This document shows, piece after piece, positions 22,706-34,860 of a stretch of 64,000 nt of DNA; position 1 is the stretch's first letter; every line of letters starts with the position of its first letter. The stretch spans positions 6,365,531 to 6,429,530 of the forward strand of contig CM082592.2 in assembly GCA_040954595.2 (NCBI GenBank), given 5' to 3'. A model generated the notes under the pieces. That model was not told where the DNA came from. It saw only the letters and a list, made by a program, of their open reading frames with translations, and searched no databases. The stretch comes from Balanoglossus misakiensis (Eukaryota > Animalia > Hemichordata). The translations under genes were made by a program, and so were the position numbers.

Positions 22706-25700
22706 TCAACACTGGCTTGCCGAGTTGTCTTGCTCGGGGGATTCTGGGATCGTGCTGGTGGTGCTTCCCGTGGGACTTTTGTCCGATTCGCTGCTGGGGG
22801 GTTCAGGGGTCAGGTCGCTGTACTCCTGGGCCTCCACAGCCTCCGAGGCGTCCGATATCTTGTCGATAATTTTGTTGACTTCCACCACCACGTCCACTTG
22901 TGTGAGGGACTGCGGACGTTCCTTTTTCTCTTCTGTTTCTGAGGTAGATAAAAAAAAAAATGAGTTTATTGTTTTAATATCGCAACTTTAATAATGTCAG
23001 TTGCTACAATAAACAGTATTCAGATCTGTTATAATATATGCCAGAAGACTGACAAATCGTGTTGTCTGTATCATGTACACTGGGGCACAGCCAATCACAG
23101 CAGTTGTTACACTGACCTACTCCCAACCGGTCAATGACCATTTTCACATGACGTTCCCGCTAGATTAAGCATAACAAGTCACCATGGCAACACAAGAGAA
23201 AATTATATCGCACCATAAAATCTCATGGTCTTCTGATTTTCTAAAATAGCTCTATGAACATCCTCCTGACGTAATCGTTGTAAAACATCACGACATCACT
23301 GAGGCATTAAACGGTACAGTCAGTGACCTTTGACCCACCAAACATCTTTACAAAACTATAAATATCACATAATGAGATATCGCACAGTCAATCTTGACAC
23401 CGTAAAGATACAATGCCCGATTCTAAATCCTTCTCTGCAGCCCATGAAATTTTACTACTGAACGCGGCGAAAAAAAATACTGACTCACCTAAAGTGATGC
23501 CGTGTTTTTTAAGCTCTCCCCGAAGCATCTCAATCTCTTTCTCTTGCACGCTGCAATACTGTCGAAATTTTTCCAGCTCCTGCTCGAGCTCGGCACACTT
23601 CCTCTTCTGTGCCGTGACCTTCTTCTCCGCCTGGTTCTTCACCGATAGCAAAATTCCTGGAATGGGGAAATGTGAGGTGTGTGAAATTTAAGATTTGCTG
23701 GTGGTGTTGTAAGTGTGATACCTACTGGCTTAAAGGTATACGGTCACCTCCAATTTACATATCGCCATATATAGTTGAAATGGCGTATATGAGTGTTCTA
23801 AAGAACGCTTTATTTTCGCGTGTGCCACCCACTGAAAATCTGTGATTGGTCAGATCTCGATTTACCATGGTAACTGTGGCTAAATTTGTATAGGTGACCG
23901 TATACCTTTAATGCTTCCTACTAAAAATATCCCCCATTTCTGCTTTCTCTGAAGGGAAATCACTAGAATGATTATGTCATATGACATACACTGTGTTCAT
24001 AGTACCAGGTAAATCTACCCTCCTGGTCTGATTGTAACATTGTAAACAGCTCGATCATAAGACTGTTCTTTGTGTATGGTAACCAAAAAACAATAAAAAT
24101 GTATAAAATCCATTTGAATGTGTAAAATACACAAACACCTAAGGCAAGATGTCTGGCAGCTCTTCAACCAATCAAAACTGGCGAGGCATTCCCTCTTACT
24201 AAATCTGAAAATCTTAATATTCCTGGGGTCTACTGTAGTCTGCAAATGAATTTGGAGAGATTGCGTGCAACAGGTAGCACAAATGCCACAATCAATCGGA
24301 GTATGCAGCTAATCTATCAATTTAATGTTTCATTTTCTCAGACATTTCACCTGTTAGTGGCACCAATTCCATCAGCTACGACTGCGTTCAATTTACTCTG
24401 GCTTTTGAGCGTTGCCCCCCAAGGTGCTATTTGATGACAATGGATGGCGGGGATTCCTGATGGAGTGGTTTTTTTTCTAATCACAGGCTGGGGCAGTCGT
24501 CATTTATGTACTCAGACAAAATTCAATCTGCCACCGTTACAGCGGTATTTTCCCCTAGATTCAACTGCACAATGCAATCCGCATCGCATATAACCTTGCT
24601 AGGTTTGTCTACTGTTCGAGTGAAAATGCTCCGGGCAAAAGTGTTTCCAATGCTGCAGTGCGTGTTACATCGTATCCTCGATACATACACCCTTTACGTT
24701 TAAACTGAATGACGCCAATACGCCTATTTTGAGAAAGTTGTGAATTATTTCTGAAGCAGTCATGCTGTGGACTGACACCAACCATGCCTGTTGTGTTATC
24801 TAAATTAATCACACACACTGGCTACAACCAATCCCAGATATCTCTCTGTGGCATCAGCATCGCTGAGAAACATATCAATCTCAAACTAAATATAGACCCT
24901 TTTTAATACTTAAATAACAAAACAGCGCTCAACAAGATCAGTGGTGATAACAAAATCTATTTTCAGAATATTATCACTTCATAACAATCACCACAAGCAA
25001 ATCACTTTCAGAATTTCACTCGCAATTAATTATACAAAAATTTTCTTGAAAAAAATAGCCAAAGATTTATATATTTCAGGTTAAATAAAGCCCCGTATTT
25101 CCAGAATTGTACATTGGATTTTAATAGGTTCTGGATGGGCCTCTTGGTGATAAACTCTGAAAGCTCTCAATTTCCAATTGAAAAATCCAATAAAATTGTT
25201 AACTACATGCGTGATGTTGGTCGCCGCGCAGTCAAAGGTCAGGTGACCCGGTTAGGAGGGAAATGATCGTCATATGTCCCAGATGATCTGATCTATATGC
25301 GATACCTTTGTTCCCTCCAAATGTAGCAATCTGCTTTATCTTGGTATATAGCATGTATCTATGATAACTGAGGGCACAGATGGCCTCCCTGTCTGTCAGT
25401 CACACAGCGACCCTTGGGTCAGGGGTCGTGTCAGGTCAAGGTCACTCCCAACCTTGGTTGTGATTTTGGAAAGACAAATTGCACATGATTTTGATGAGAA
25501 TAAATTGACTGCACGCATCATTTTCAAAATGAGTGAATACGCATAATTTGATTGGAGCACACAACTGGAAACATCACAGGCAAAAGTATTGGGAAGTGAA
25601 AATACTGACATCATGTTAATATCATCTCTTCTTTGGCATAACTTACTCACAATCAGATTATTTTAAAATTTTGAAGATGACTTATTCTTAACTCAACTAA

Positions 25701-28700
25701 CAATAATCCGAAACGGTTGATTTCTTTTGACTGGAATTTGATTCAAGGTCTGATTAACGCTGTAGCGAAAAACGTGTTAGTAAAACACGTTTTATGATCC
25801 AAGACAGTGAGTCACTGTCTTCATAATGAAAACATAAATATCACGTAGTTTTCCCTTTTTTAGACAAGGTCATTACTCTGGAGACATTACACTTGATGTG
25901 TCACCTTCTGAAAAGCCATTACTCGGCTATAAATTATTACAGTTGCCGTAGTTACGACCTTGTCAGAAATTTAAAGCTATGATGTGGCTAGTCATTAAAA
26001 TTCACACCCTGTGTTTGTGTGTATGTTTACATCTTACACCCATGGATTTTGGTACCCTGAATCATAAGACAAAGCCAGTTTACTTCCATAGGTTTGGATT
26101 TTTCTGCACTTTATGACTATATACCATGGCAAGTCATTCAAGCTGTACTACAACCTCAATTTCAAAATGGCCGACCGTGCATGTCTGGATGAAGACATAT
26201 CTACATAGTACCAACCTTATCCATTATTAAGTCGTTTGATAAATCTGTAATTTAACACTAATATCTGTTATTCGTGCCCTTGCAGACCCTGGCCTCTCTG
26301 ACAGATTGTCTGGGGACAGAATTGATTCGTCAGGGATTACGTCTTAATGAGCTTCAAATTTGTTTGGTCATGATTAACGATGCTTTGCGGCTTGTAATAT
26401 TACCATCCATACTAATATCTGTACTTTCTGTAGGCTAGCGATTTCAAGGCTGATTTTTCAGCTAGACTGTGGTGATTTTTTCTATGGTGCTTTTTATTTA
26501 TTGGCGTGTGTGTGTGTGTGACAGAGAGAAAGGTGTGCTCAAGAAGAGCTGTTTATTCAGACGGTTCTGACGTGTTGAAAGGATTAGCTGCAAATCTCAA
26601 GTACTTTCTAAGTGATTGCTGAATTCAGATACCATTAACAAGATATATATTCTCACTTCGCAGATGTCTGTCATCAATATGTATGGGCACGTCTTAAATC
26701 TTGCCTGCAGCGTGACAATATATCTCTCTACACTCAATTTGTTTTACCTAAACTCGGAGAATTGAGTTCCTAGAGGTATATTACTTCCAATTCCAGCAGG
26801 AGTATGAGAAGAAATCTGGAGAATTACGCACATAAACAAATCAACGCAGGATTTCTACACATCCCAAGCATATATCACAAAAATTAATGTTACCGTACTA
26901 GTAACCCTATAAATTTAAACAAATGCTGGAATACTCATCTAATTTCTGTAATTCTCAGTTCCCTTTTATAAATGCATCCACCGTGACACACATGCACTTT
27001 AAATAACTTTTTGGGGTCAAGTCAAACGCTGCGGTACCGGTAATTATCGTGTTCCGAGTCCCCATATCTACGTCAGGCGTGCCATGGTAACCCTCCCCAA
27101 GTGTTTCTTCGTTTTTTTTTGCTGTAGGTGTGAAGACCCCTCCGACTGTAATTGTGCAAAACTTCTTTGTATGGAGGAGGTCTTGTACATATTCTCTGCT
27201 GTAGGAACTCCTAAAAATAACCAGTTCCCCTAATGACAAGGCTCCTGCTCGTGCAACAGTTATCAAGAATCTTGTGTGACACAATAAATATTGTTTCCCC
27301 AATGATCAAATTGCTGCAGATCGCTCCCCTGCAGGCAATACATGGGAGTTTAGCAGAAGTTTTTTCACCTCGGTGTTTGTCAACCTACCGTTGAAGATCC
27401 TGACCACCCTCCACAGTCGGAATATGATGAGCAGACCCAGCAGCGAATGGAATGTGTCGGGGTCGATGGCATAGGCAACGTCAAACGCGAACGAGATGGT
27501 GACAATGATGGCGTCAAAGACCTCCAGCTTGTGCTTGAAGAACTCCAGTCTAAGGCAGTAGATGCGCAGCGAGATCTCCAGCATGAAGAAGCTGAGGATG
27601 GCGATGCTGCAGTAGTGCAAGGCTTCCCCGGCATTGCTTTCCGCAGCTTCGGGCTCCTCCGATGTTCCATTGCAGTGGGTCGGAGCCGGTGTCTGAGCAA
27701 TCTGTTGAAATCAAATGGAATGAGAAAAAGATCTAAAAGGTTGACCACATCACTGAAATAAATTAAAGGGGGGAAGTGCCATCTGAACATCATGTGTGCG
27801 ACTTTTCACGTGACTACACACAAGAAAGAAAGAATGATTTTATTTTGGATTGAGTTCCCGATTAATTTCTTTGTTACAATTACCCACACTGAAACTGAGA
27901 AAACTCCCTCATTTAAGTTCAAGTGCATGACCCGATTACTATTTCCCTGAGAGCTGTCAGAGTTAGGATCTAAAACGCAAGCACCAATACCAGTATGTAG
28001 TACAGGGGAAATGCCCAGGCAACATAACATAGCATGGCATGATATCTATGTGAATTAATGTAGCCATTTCAAGCAACGTTCAATTTCTGTGTATTTTCAG
28101 AAACCGACTATGGCTTCAACTGACACATGATACACGTATTGCAAGCTGACAAACTCAGAGCAAGATACACATGATGATTTTGATATACCCTCAAGACATG
28201 TAAGTGATCCAACAATCTAACTGGATCAGTTGACAGCCTGAAATTGACAACATGTTGTCGAAAATATTACAACATGTCAATTTCAACAGTATTGACAAAA
28301 ACAGTCAGTCACTGTTCATGGACCACTGCACTACATATATGTGTAGAGGGGGGTTTCCCTCACTGAAGCCTCATATTGTCCATGTTTTCACCTAATATTC
28401 CTGTGTGTGGTCTGCTAACATCCCAAATTACCCTGATTTCATTTCCATCTCTCTTGACCTCACACTAGGCATGTGTTGTACGTCACACTGAGCAAACCCT
28501 GCTTATTTACAGCCCATTACTGCCCCACGTTTTCTCGATATTCTTTACTATTATTCTTTTCCAGCTGTTCCGTCAACCTAAACAGCGTCTGTGTATTCTG
28601 ACGTGCTGGGAAAATTAACAAGACCTCCAAGTTCAAAGTCAACACTTTAACAAGCCACCGATAAACTAACAAACCGATCCGAGACCGATCAAAGGTTATT

Positions 28701-31700
28701 TTCATCATCACCATCGAATGGAAACTTGGCGTGGTGACCCGGTGGACTAATTGATCCAGTTTCATTATTTTTTCACATAACCTAATGATCTTTGCAATAT
28801 TGATTGCAGTGTTATCTCTCCTTCAACTCCCAGCGAAGCATGAACTGTTGATTAGAGGACGGCAATGTATCAATCATCTTCCCCACCTATAAACACATGC
28901 AGATGGACATTCAGATTGAGTATATGGTAAACGAGCAAGTAAAACTATTCCTGTTGACTTGCAAGTCTGACACAGAGATGAGCGTAGAGAACATCAACGC
29001 AATTTTACACAGCTCCACAGATCTCTTAGTCTAAATACGCCTCACCTCCGTAGCCTTTCCCCGACTCTTATCATCCCAGTGAGATTAAGATCTCAATGCA
29101 CTGTACGTACTCCGAGGACAGAGTACCAAAAGTGCACTTTATTGCCAAAATGACCATGTGTTATCGAAACATGGCTTTCACTTATCGGAATCGTTACCCA
29201 TGCATTAAATTCATCAATGTTGCATTATTCATACGACTGTATTGTGCACATCAATATACACAAACGCAAAATTCAAAGGGTAATTACTACCCCACAGTTT
29301 AATCGCTTTAAAATGTCTACAGAGCCATCGCTTATCTAGCTATGCAAATAGACGATCTCGTATGCAAATGGCGTTTCAAAATAAATAAAAAATATATGAT
29401 CCATTTAATACGGGTAACAATTGGAATACAGCCCTAACATTCATCAAAATCAAATATCTGAAATTCGACCAATAAATTCCCATGACCAAAATGGAAAACT
29501 GCATATAAAGAGACATGCATGCAAAACTACACATATACACGACTTTAATAACATTCTAAAGTGGCAATTTGTATTGAACACCGAGCGATTTTCGTGTGTA
29601 TTTCTGAGACAAATAGATCCCACAGTTGATTGATGTCGCCGCGCAAATTTCACTTCTGATCAAAATACACAGGCAGCCCCATTACGGCACACTGCCAATC
29701 AGTAATATGCATCTCTGTTTAGTTTAAACAATTGTTTATCTACGGCTATAACTCATCCGGGCCACAGCCATCGACCAGGACATCCTGATCATAACGCGGG
29801 GCAATCCATCAATATTATACAACAATTACAGACAACAGACCAATGCAAATTGCGCGCATTATTACAGAACTTTAAATGCGCCTTTCAGGAAAAGCAGATT
29901 TTTAATGATGTCGATTACGCTCCCTGTTCTCTAAATTCTCCCCGCTGAAAAATACACGCATCACGGCAACTGGTTATTTTATTATCAATAATAAAATTAG
30001 CATTGCGGCTATGAAGTGAAGAAATCAAATAATTACAGGCGCTGCTCTGTTTATGAAGCCACTTAGAAGGTGAATTACTTTTACAGGCATCCAATATGAA
30101 TTAATATCGCATGCTAGTAATAGCACCGTGTGCTAATACAGACGGCTGTTTTGTAGAATACAGAAGGCAAATTGTCTTTCAGCTTATGGCGAATAACTGA
30201 CCCACATTTTTTGTAATATTTAATCAAGTCTGTCTGGGTGGTAGGGGCGTCGAAAACAAATGCTTTTGTTTTTTTTGCGGATCAACTACTATGACTGTGC
30301 GAACGCAGAGGTCAAAGTGTTAAATGCACAAAAGTATTACATATACTCTGATGATGTGTTAGAATTACGGAGGTATATGCATACTCCGATATTGCAATGT
30401 TTCAGTGACATGCACTGCAATTTGTCTTGCGTGAATACTGCGCAGTCAGGTAGTTTGTCAAACGAGATTGTGGGTTTTATCTGTCAACAGTCACTGCTCC
30501 CAAGAAAATACTTTTTTGATCACGCAGACGATTGCATTACACTGTCGGCTGAAACTGAATGTGATGTTGGTGAAGACTTGAACAAATATATAGCCACGGT
30601 GGGGCTCTCTCTCTCGATTAGACTGAGTAAATGTACTTGTGTTGACTGACGGCGCGGGGCGGGAATGCAGAAGAGGAAACCGGTTTGTCCAGGAAGTGTT
30701 GATTTGGAGCGTTGTGGAATGGGCTATACTGAGAGAACTGGCTGTTTGTGGCACGGACATGTTTGACTGTGTGTTGGGATGGGGCTACAAGCAGAGACAC
30801 ATATGAATGGAAATATCTCCACACCGCTCAGTCAGATTTTGCACAAAGGTCAGGTCACAGGTCAAAGTTCGCCCGGGAAAAAGAAGATTACGTCGGCTGC
30901 TATGAGGTGTTGACAAACGGTGACAAGGCGTCTAAAGTAGAGGGAAAAGTCCCCCATGACATTGGACTTCGCAAAGACTTGGACATCGAACAAGAACTAG
31001 ACTTCAGGAAGAAATAAACTTAAGACACAGCCGCTGTGAATATATTCTTCTGCAGAATCTGTGTCTCTGAGGAATTCTAACCGCCAAGACGCGAAAAGCC
31101 AAACTTGTATCATTAGACGACGGCACCTGAAACCACAAATTATTGGATCGCAAACTTTAACATAAAAAAGAAAGAGTGCTTTAGGGCGTGAGAGCTCTTG
31201 CAGAAAACACACGCGACTCTCTAAAATTGGTTTGATTATTTATTGACGATTTGAGAAATGTGAGAGGTTTGGCATTTTACACGATCAAACGTACATCATA
31301 CCAGCAGAGCGGGAGAGTGAAACAGCGCTAATGGTTGTGTAATACAACCATCCAACCCACTTAACTTCAGTCAACATGTTTGAAGATACATATTTGTGAA
31401 ATTATTAGCGTCAGCCAACAGAGCATAATTTCGATAGATTACTGTGGCATTCAGTTAAAATACGCTGCAGGATCTTGTTTGCAAAAATTAACATATGCAA
31501 ATTTGCCCGACATACCGATTCATTAATCAATTACGGCTAACAACAATTTGCACTGATTTGTTTTTTCAAATAATTACAACCATTTGGTTTGGCTTTGTCA
31601 AAATTGATTAATCAATCGAACAGAAGAGCAAAGTTCAATAAAAGCACACACGCATGAAATAAACGATTTCTTTTCCTTTGGACGTCTTCAATGTCACAGG

Positions 31701-33639
31701 ATCGTAAGTAATAACATATGTTATTCATTATTTATATGGCATATAGCAAATCAAATACACCCAAGGCGATGGTGTCTGAGCTTCATTCATCATTTCTATC
31801 CTTTGAAAATCATCTGGAAAAATTCAAAGGAGCAGAAATAGGGTTCACATATTTTGCACTGTCACTGAAAGACGTTAGCAAATGTAAAAAAAAAAAATAC
31901 AACTGTACATAGCTTTGCTGTATCACTTTCCACAACTGAATGTATCAATTTGTTTTCAGCTCGGCATATGTGACCCCGACTGCAGAAAAATAATTTTGAT
32001 TTAAAGCCCTGAGGGTAGGGTTGCATTCTTTTGGTCCTATTTTAGATATTGTTCGACCCAGATGAAAAGTAATTTGTTTTATTCTGGTGAATGAAAAAAA
32101 CAACAAATGAACTAAACCGGGGCTATAGTCCGTAGAGTGTCCCATTCTTGCTTCTGAGCACGAGTGTACATTTACCAACACTATCATAATCACACACCAC
32201 TCCCGTATGGTGCTCTATGCAATCCATCACTGTCTATGTAACACCCCCATCCTCGATTGATTTTTCATTACCAGGATTGATAAAGGTTATAGTAGCTCCC
32301 AAGAGATTTGAAGAATATATTCTATCAACTATGAACAGAGTGGAAACATTATTTTAATTATTTATAAGGTTATTTACACCCATGTTACAGCTATACAGCT
32401 AAATAGTAGTTCATTCTTGTAGGTTTTCTGTGTTATTTCAATTTGTAACGTCAATTACATCGAGAAACATTTTTTGTATTTCACAGAGATGAAAGTCAAT
32501 TATTGCGTATTTAATATCTGATACTGATGTAATTTTTTTATTCTCCATTGTAAATCAGTACATGACTCCCCTTTCAATGCAGTGGTTTGACCCTGAGCCA
32601 CCAGCTGTCTTTTGAATTCTTTGTATTTGTAGATATGTAGATTTTAACAATTATCTCACACTTCCGTAAATTACTAGGGTAATTAAAATATAGAGGAAGT
32701 TAATAACTATAAAATGATTATACTTTTGTCTTCTGCAGAGGTATAAATATAGCACAATATATTATTTGCTTTTACTAATTACCAGTCAGAATATGTCTTT
32801 TCAAAATTTGCATAAGTGAAAAAGTACCCATTATCTCTTATGACGAGATAGTAATTTGTATCAAGTTGGCTGGGATGATAGTGTGGGCTGGGAGCCTATA
32901 GTGTCTCCTTGATCTGAGGTCAAAGGAATTTCACTGCTGTAAATATGTCGACACTGAGCTACACTGGAGAGCAGTGACATAGTACAACAAGCCAGGATGA
33001 GCTAGTCATCTTTGTCTTTGTTCCCCAGTCTCCGATTCAACGCTCAGAATACTACGAGGTCTGTAAATCGCACACGAGGATCTTCGTCTTGAAGGTAGCA
33101 AGATATGTGTGTGCTGAGGCCTACTTAAGGGGGCGCGTTATCCAGTTGCATTTTGCAAGGCCACACCAAGTCATTACAAATATTGTATCATTTCACAAAT
33201 TTATTGCCGGGTCCATCAAAAGCAAATGGGGAAAATGGTGGAGTGGTCAAGACTGGTCAAGATGATCTGTTGTGGCAAAATTAACAGTGACCTTTATTTA
33301 GATCTCGCTTGTCGTTTTTTGTTATCTTTATATAGACATTAAAAATCTGCCCTGCTTTTTTGACAAGAGCAGGGAATACGCACATACCTGAATATCTATG
33401 AGCAATTCTGCTAAGACCAAAACCACATCTATAAGAACCAGTATTACAATGATCACTTGCACATAGTGATGGTTGAGAAAGTCGAGGATTTTCTGGCGGT
33501 GGTCGCGAGGCTCAGCCTTTGTCGCCTCATCCTGAGAGTCTGAGGTGAGCGAATCGCTAGTATCATCCTTAGTGATGACCCTGAGTTGGTCCTCCTGTTT
33601 GCTCTCGTTGAGTCTCTTGAAACCGAACGTGCCATCCAT
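22706..33639 (-). CDS. HVCN1: Voltage-gated hydrogen (proton) channel Hv1, 4 coding exons, ~321 aa
   Basis: Exons 33639-33388, 27701-27389, 23656-23489 and 22938-22706 total 966 nt with compatible phases. S1 ILVLIDVVLVLAELLID has the selectivity Asp. S2 is LHYCSIAILSFFMLEI, S3 is LEVFDAIIVTISFAFDV, and S4 GLLIIFRLWRVVRIFNG has the RxWRxxR signature. There is no pore domain, and a C-terminal coiled coil (ELEQELEKFRQYCSVQEKEIEMLRGELKKHG) follows. Confidence 0.93.
23734..23907. mobile_element. Intact 174-bp MITE with perfect 16-bp TIRs and TTAA flanks (Kolobok-like), copy 4, in an HVCN1 intron
   Basis: TTAA|AGGTATACGGTCACCT...AGGTGACCGTATACCT|TTAA. AG...CT termini with a TTAA target site match the Kolobok superfamily pattern (piggyBac typically has CC...GG ends). 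Confidence 0.85.
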
Positions 33640-34849
33640 TTTGTGGTAGTGGTGGTGGTAGCTGAAACAGTCACAAGAATTGGTTATGTAGGGCATGTGG
33701 ATTTTGCTGAAGTTCCACATCTTTCCTTCGACCGCAGCACTACCGGCTGACAAGAAGTGATCATATGGATGGAATCTCCAGCCCCTCTCTCTCTCTTTCT
33801 GCTTGTCGATCCGGACAGCGGGCTGAAACAAAGACCCTCTCCTTTCAACGGTGCTCACTCAACTCAGTGTCGACCCACACAAAGAATGTTTCATGGCTCC
33901 CCTTGCAGCCGTATTGTCTTCGCTCACTCTCTGCTCAGGGTCAGCGCACAATAACAAACCGTCAGCGCTAGACGTCGGTACACACAAAAGAGCGTCCTCT
34001 CACGTGGTCGCTATGAGTCTGTGACGCTGCTGTGTGTCCCCGTGGACAAAGATACGCCTTCACACACATTGCACATAGGCGATTCTCACATGCGAGTACG
34101 TGTGCATATATGTACTTGTTTGTCAAACGCTCACAGGCAATGTATATATATAGTGCACAAGGCGACCCCGACAAAACAATACGTCACTGTTGTTTGTTTC
34201 AGTCATTTAATTTCAAAGTATAAACTTATATAAAACGTAAATCTTTTCGATTAGTAACCGTAAATATAATATCAAAGAAAACACATTGGCCTATAACTTT
34301 GATCGTCATCAAAACAAGACAAATGCTACACTTATGAGAGTTTCTTCAATGACAAATCTGGCTGAAATTAGTATGCATATACGACATAGGTCACAAGGAT
34401 CCGTATCCGCCTACTTTATGTATACACTACAGTTTTCTCACTGGAAATTGAAGCAAACTAAATCTCTAGTCCACATTTACTCCTCAAACAAATTGAAAAA
34501 TGCCTTACCCGTTCAATTCAACGTGCTCATGTTCCTTTGAATCGATTATTTCAGCTGGATTTTCGGTGGGATTTTGGGACATAATTAGAGGGGCCTGTAT
34601 CTGTTTACAGAAAGTTTCATCGTGTCAAACTTTACGTGAACTTTGGAATGAAGGGCGACCTCTAGAGAATAAAACACGTCAAAGCCATCAAAAGTTGAAG
34701 ATGATGAGTAATTTTCAGTAACACCATAATAAACAGACTTTACTGAATGTAAATAAATGAAAAAGAATGTAGAAAACAAAATTAACATGGAATTAGCCGA
34801 CAGGGCGCAGAGGAAAGTTTGTTTTATTCTCATCGTTGGTGGCGCTCTT

Positions 34850-34860
34850 CAAGATGGCGG
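34850..34860 (+). promoter_or_regulatory. YY1-type motif overlapping the PRKRIP1 start codon
   Basis: CAAGATGGCGG, the common YY1/Kozak overlap of housekeeping genes. Confidence 0.45.

Noticed and set aside
25971-26200. TTAAAGCT...CAAAATGGCCGACC segment suggestive of another non-autonomous DNA transposon
   Set aside because: No matching second terminus or second copy identified within the window, so boundaries cannot be supported.
30260-31212. Several 68-129 aa ORFs inside Hv1 intron 1
   Set aside because: No recognisable homology or convincing splice architecture; lengths are compatible with chance.
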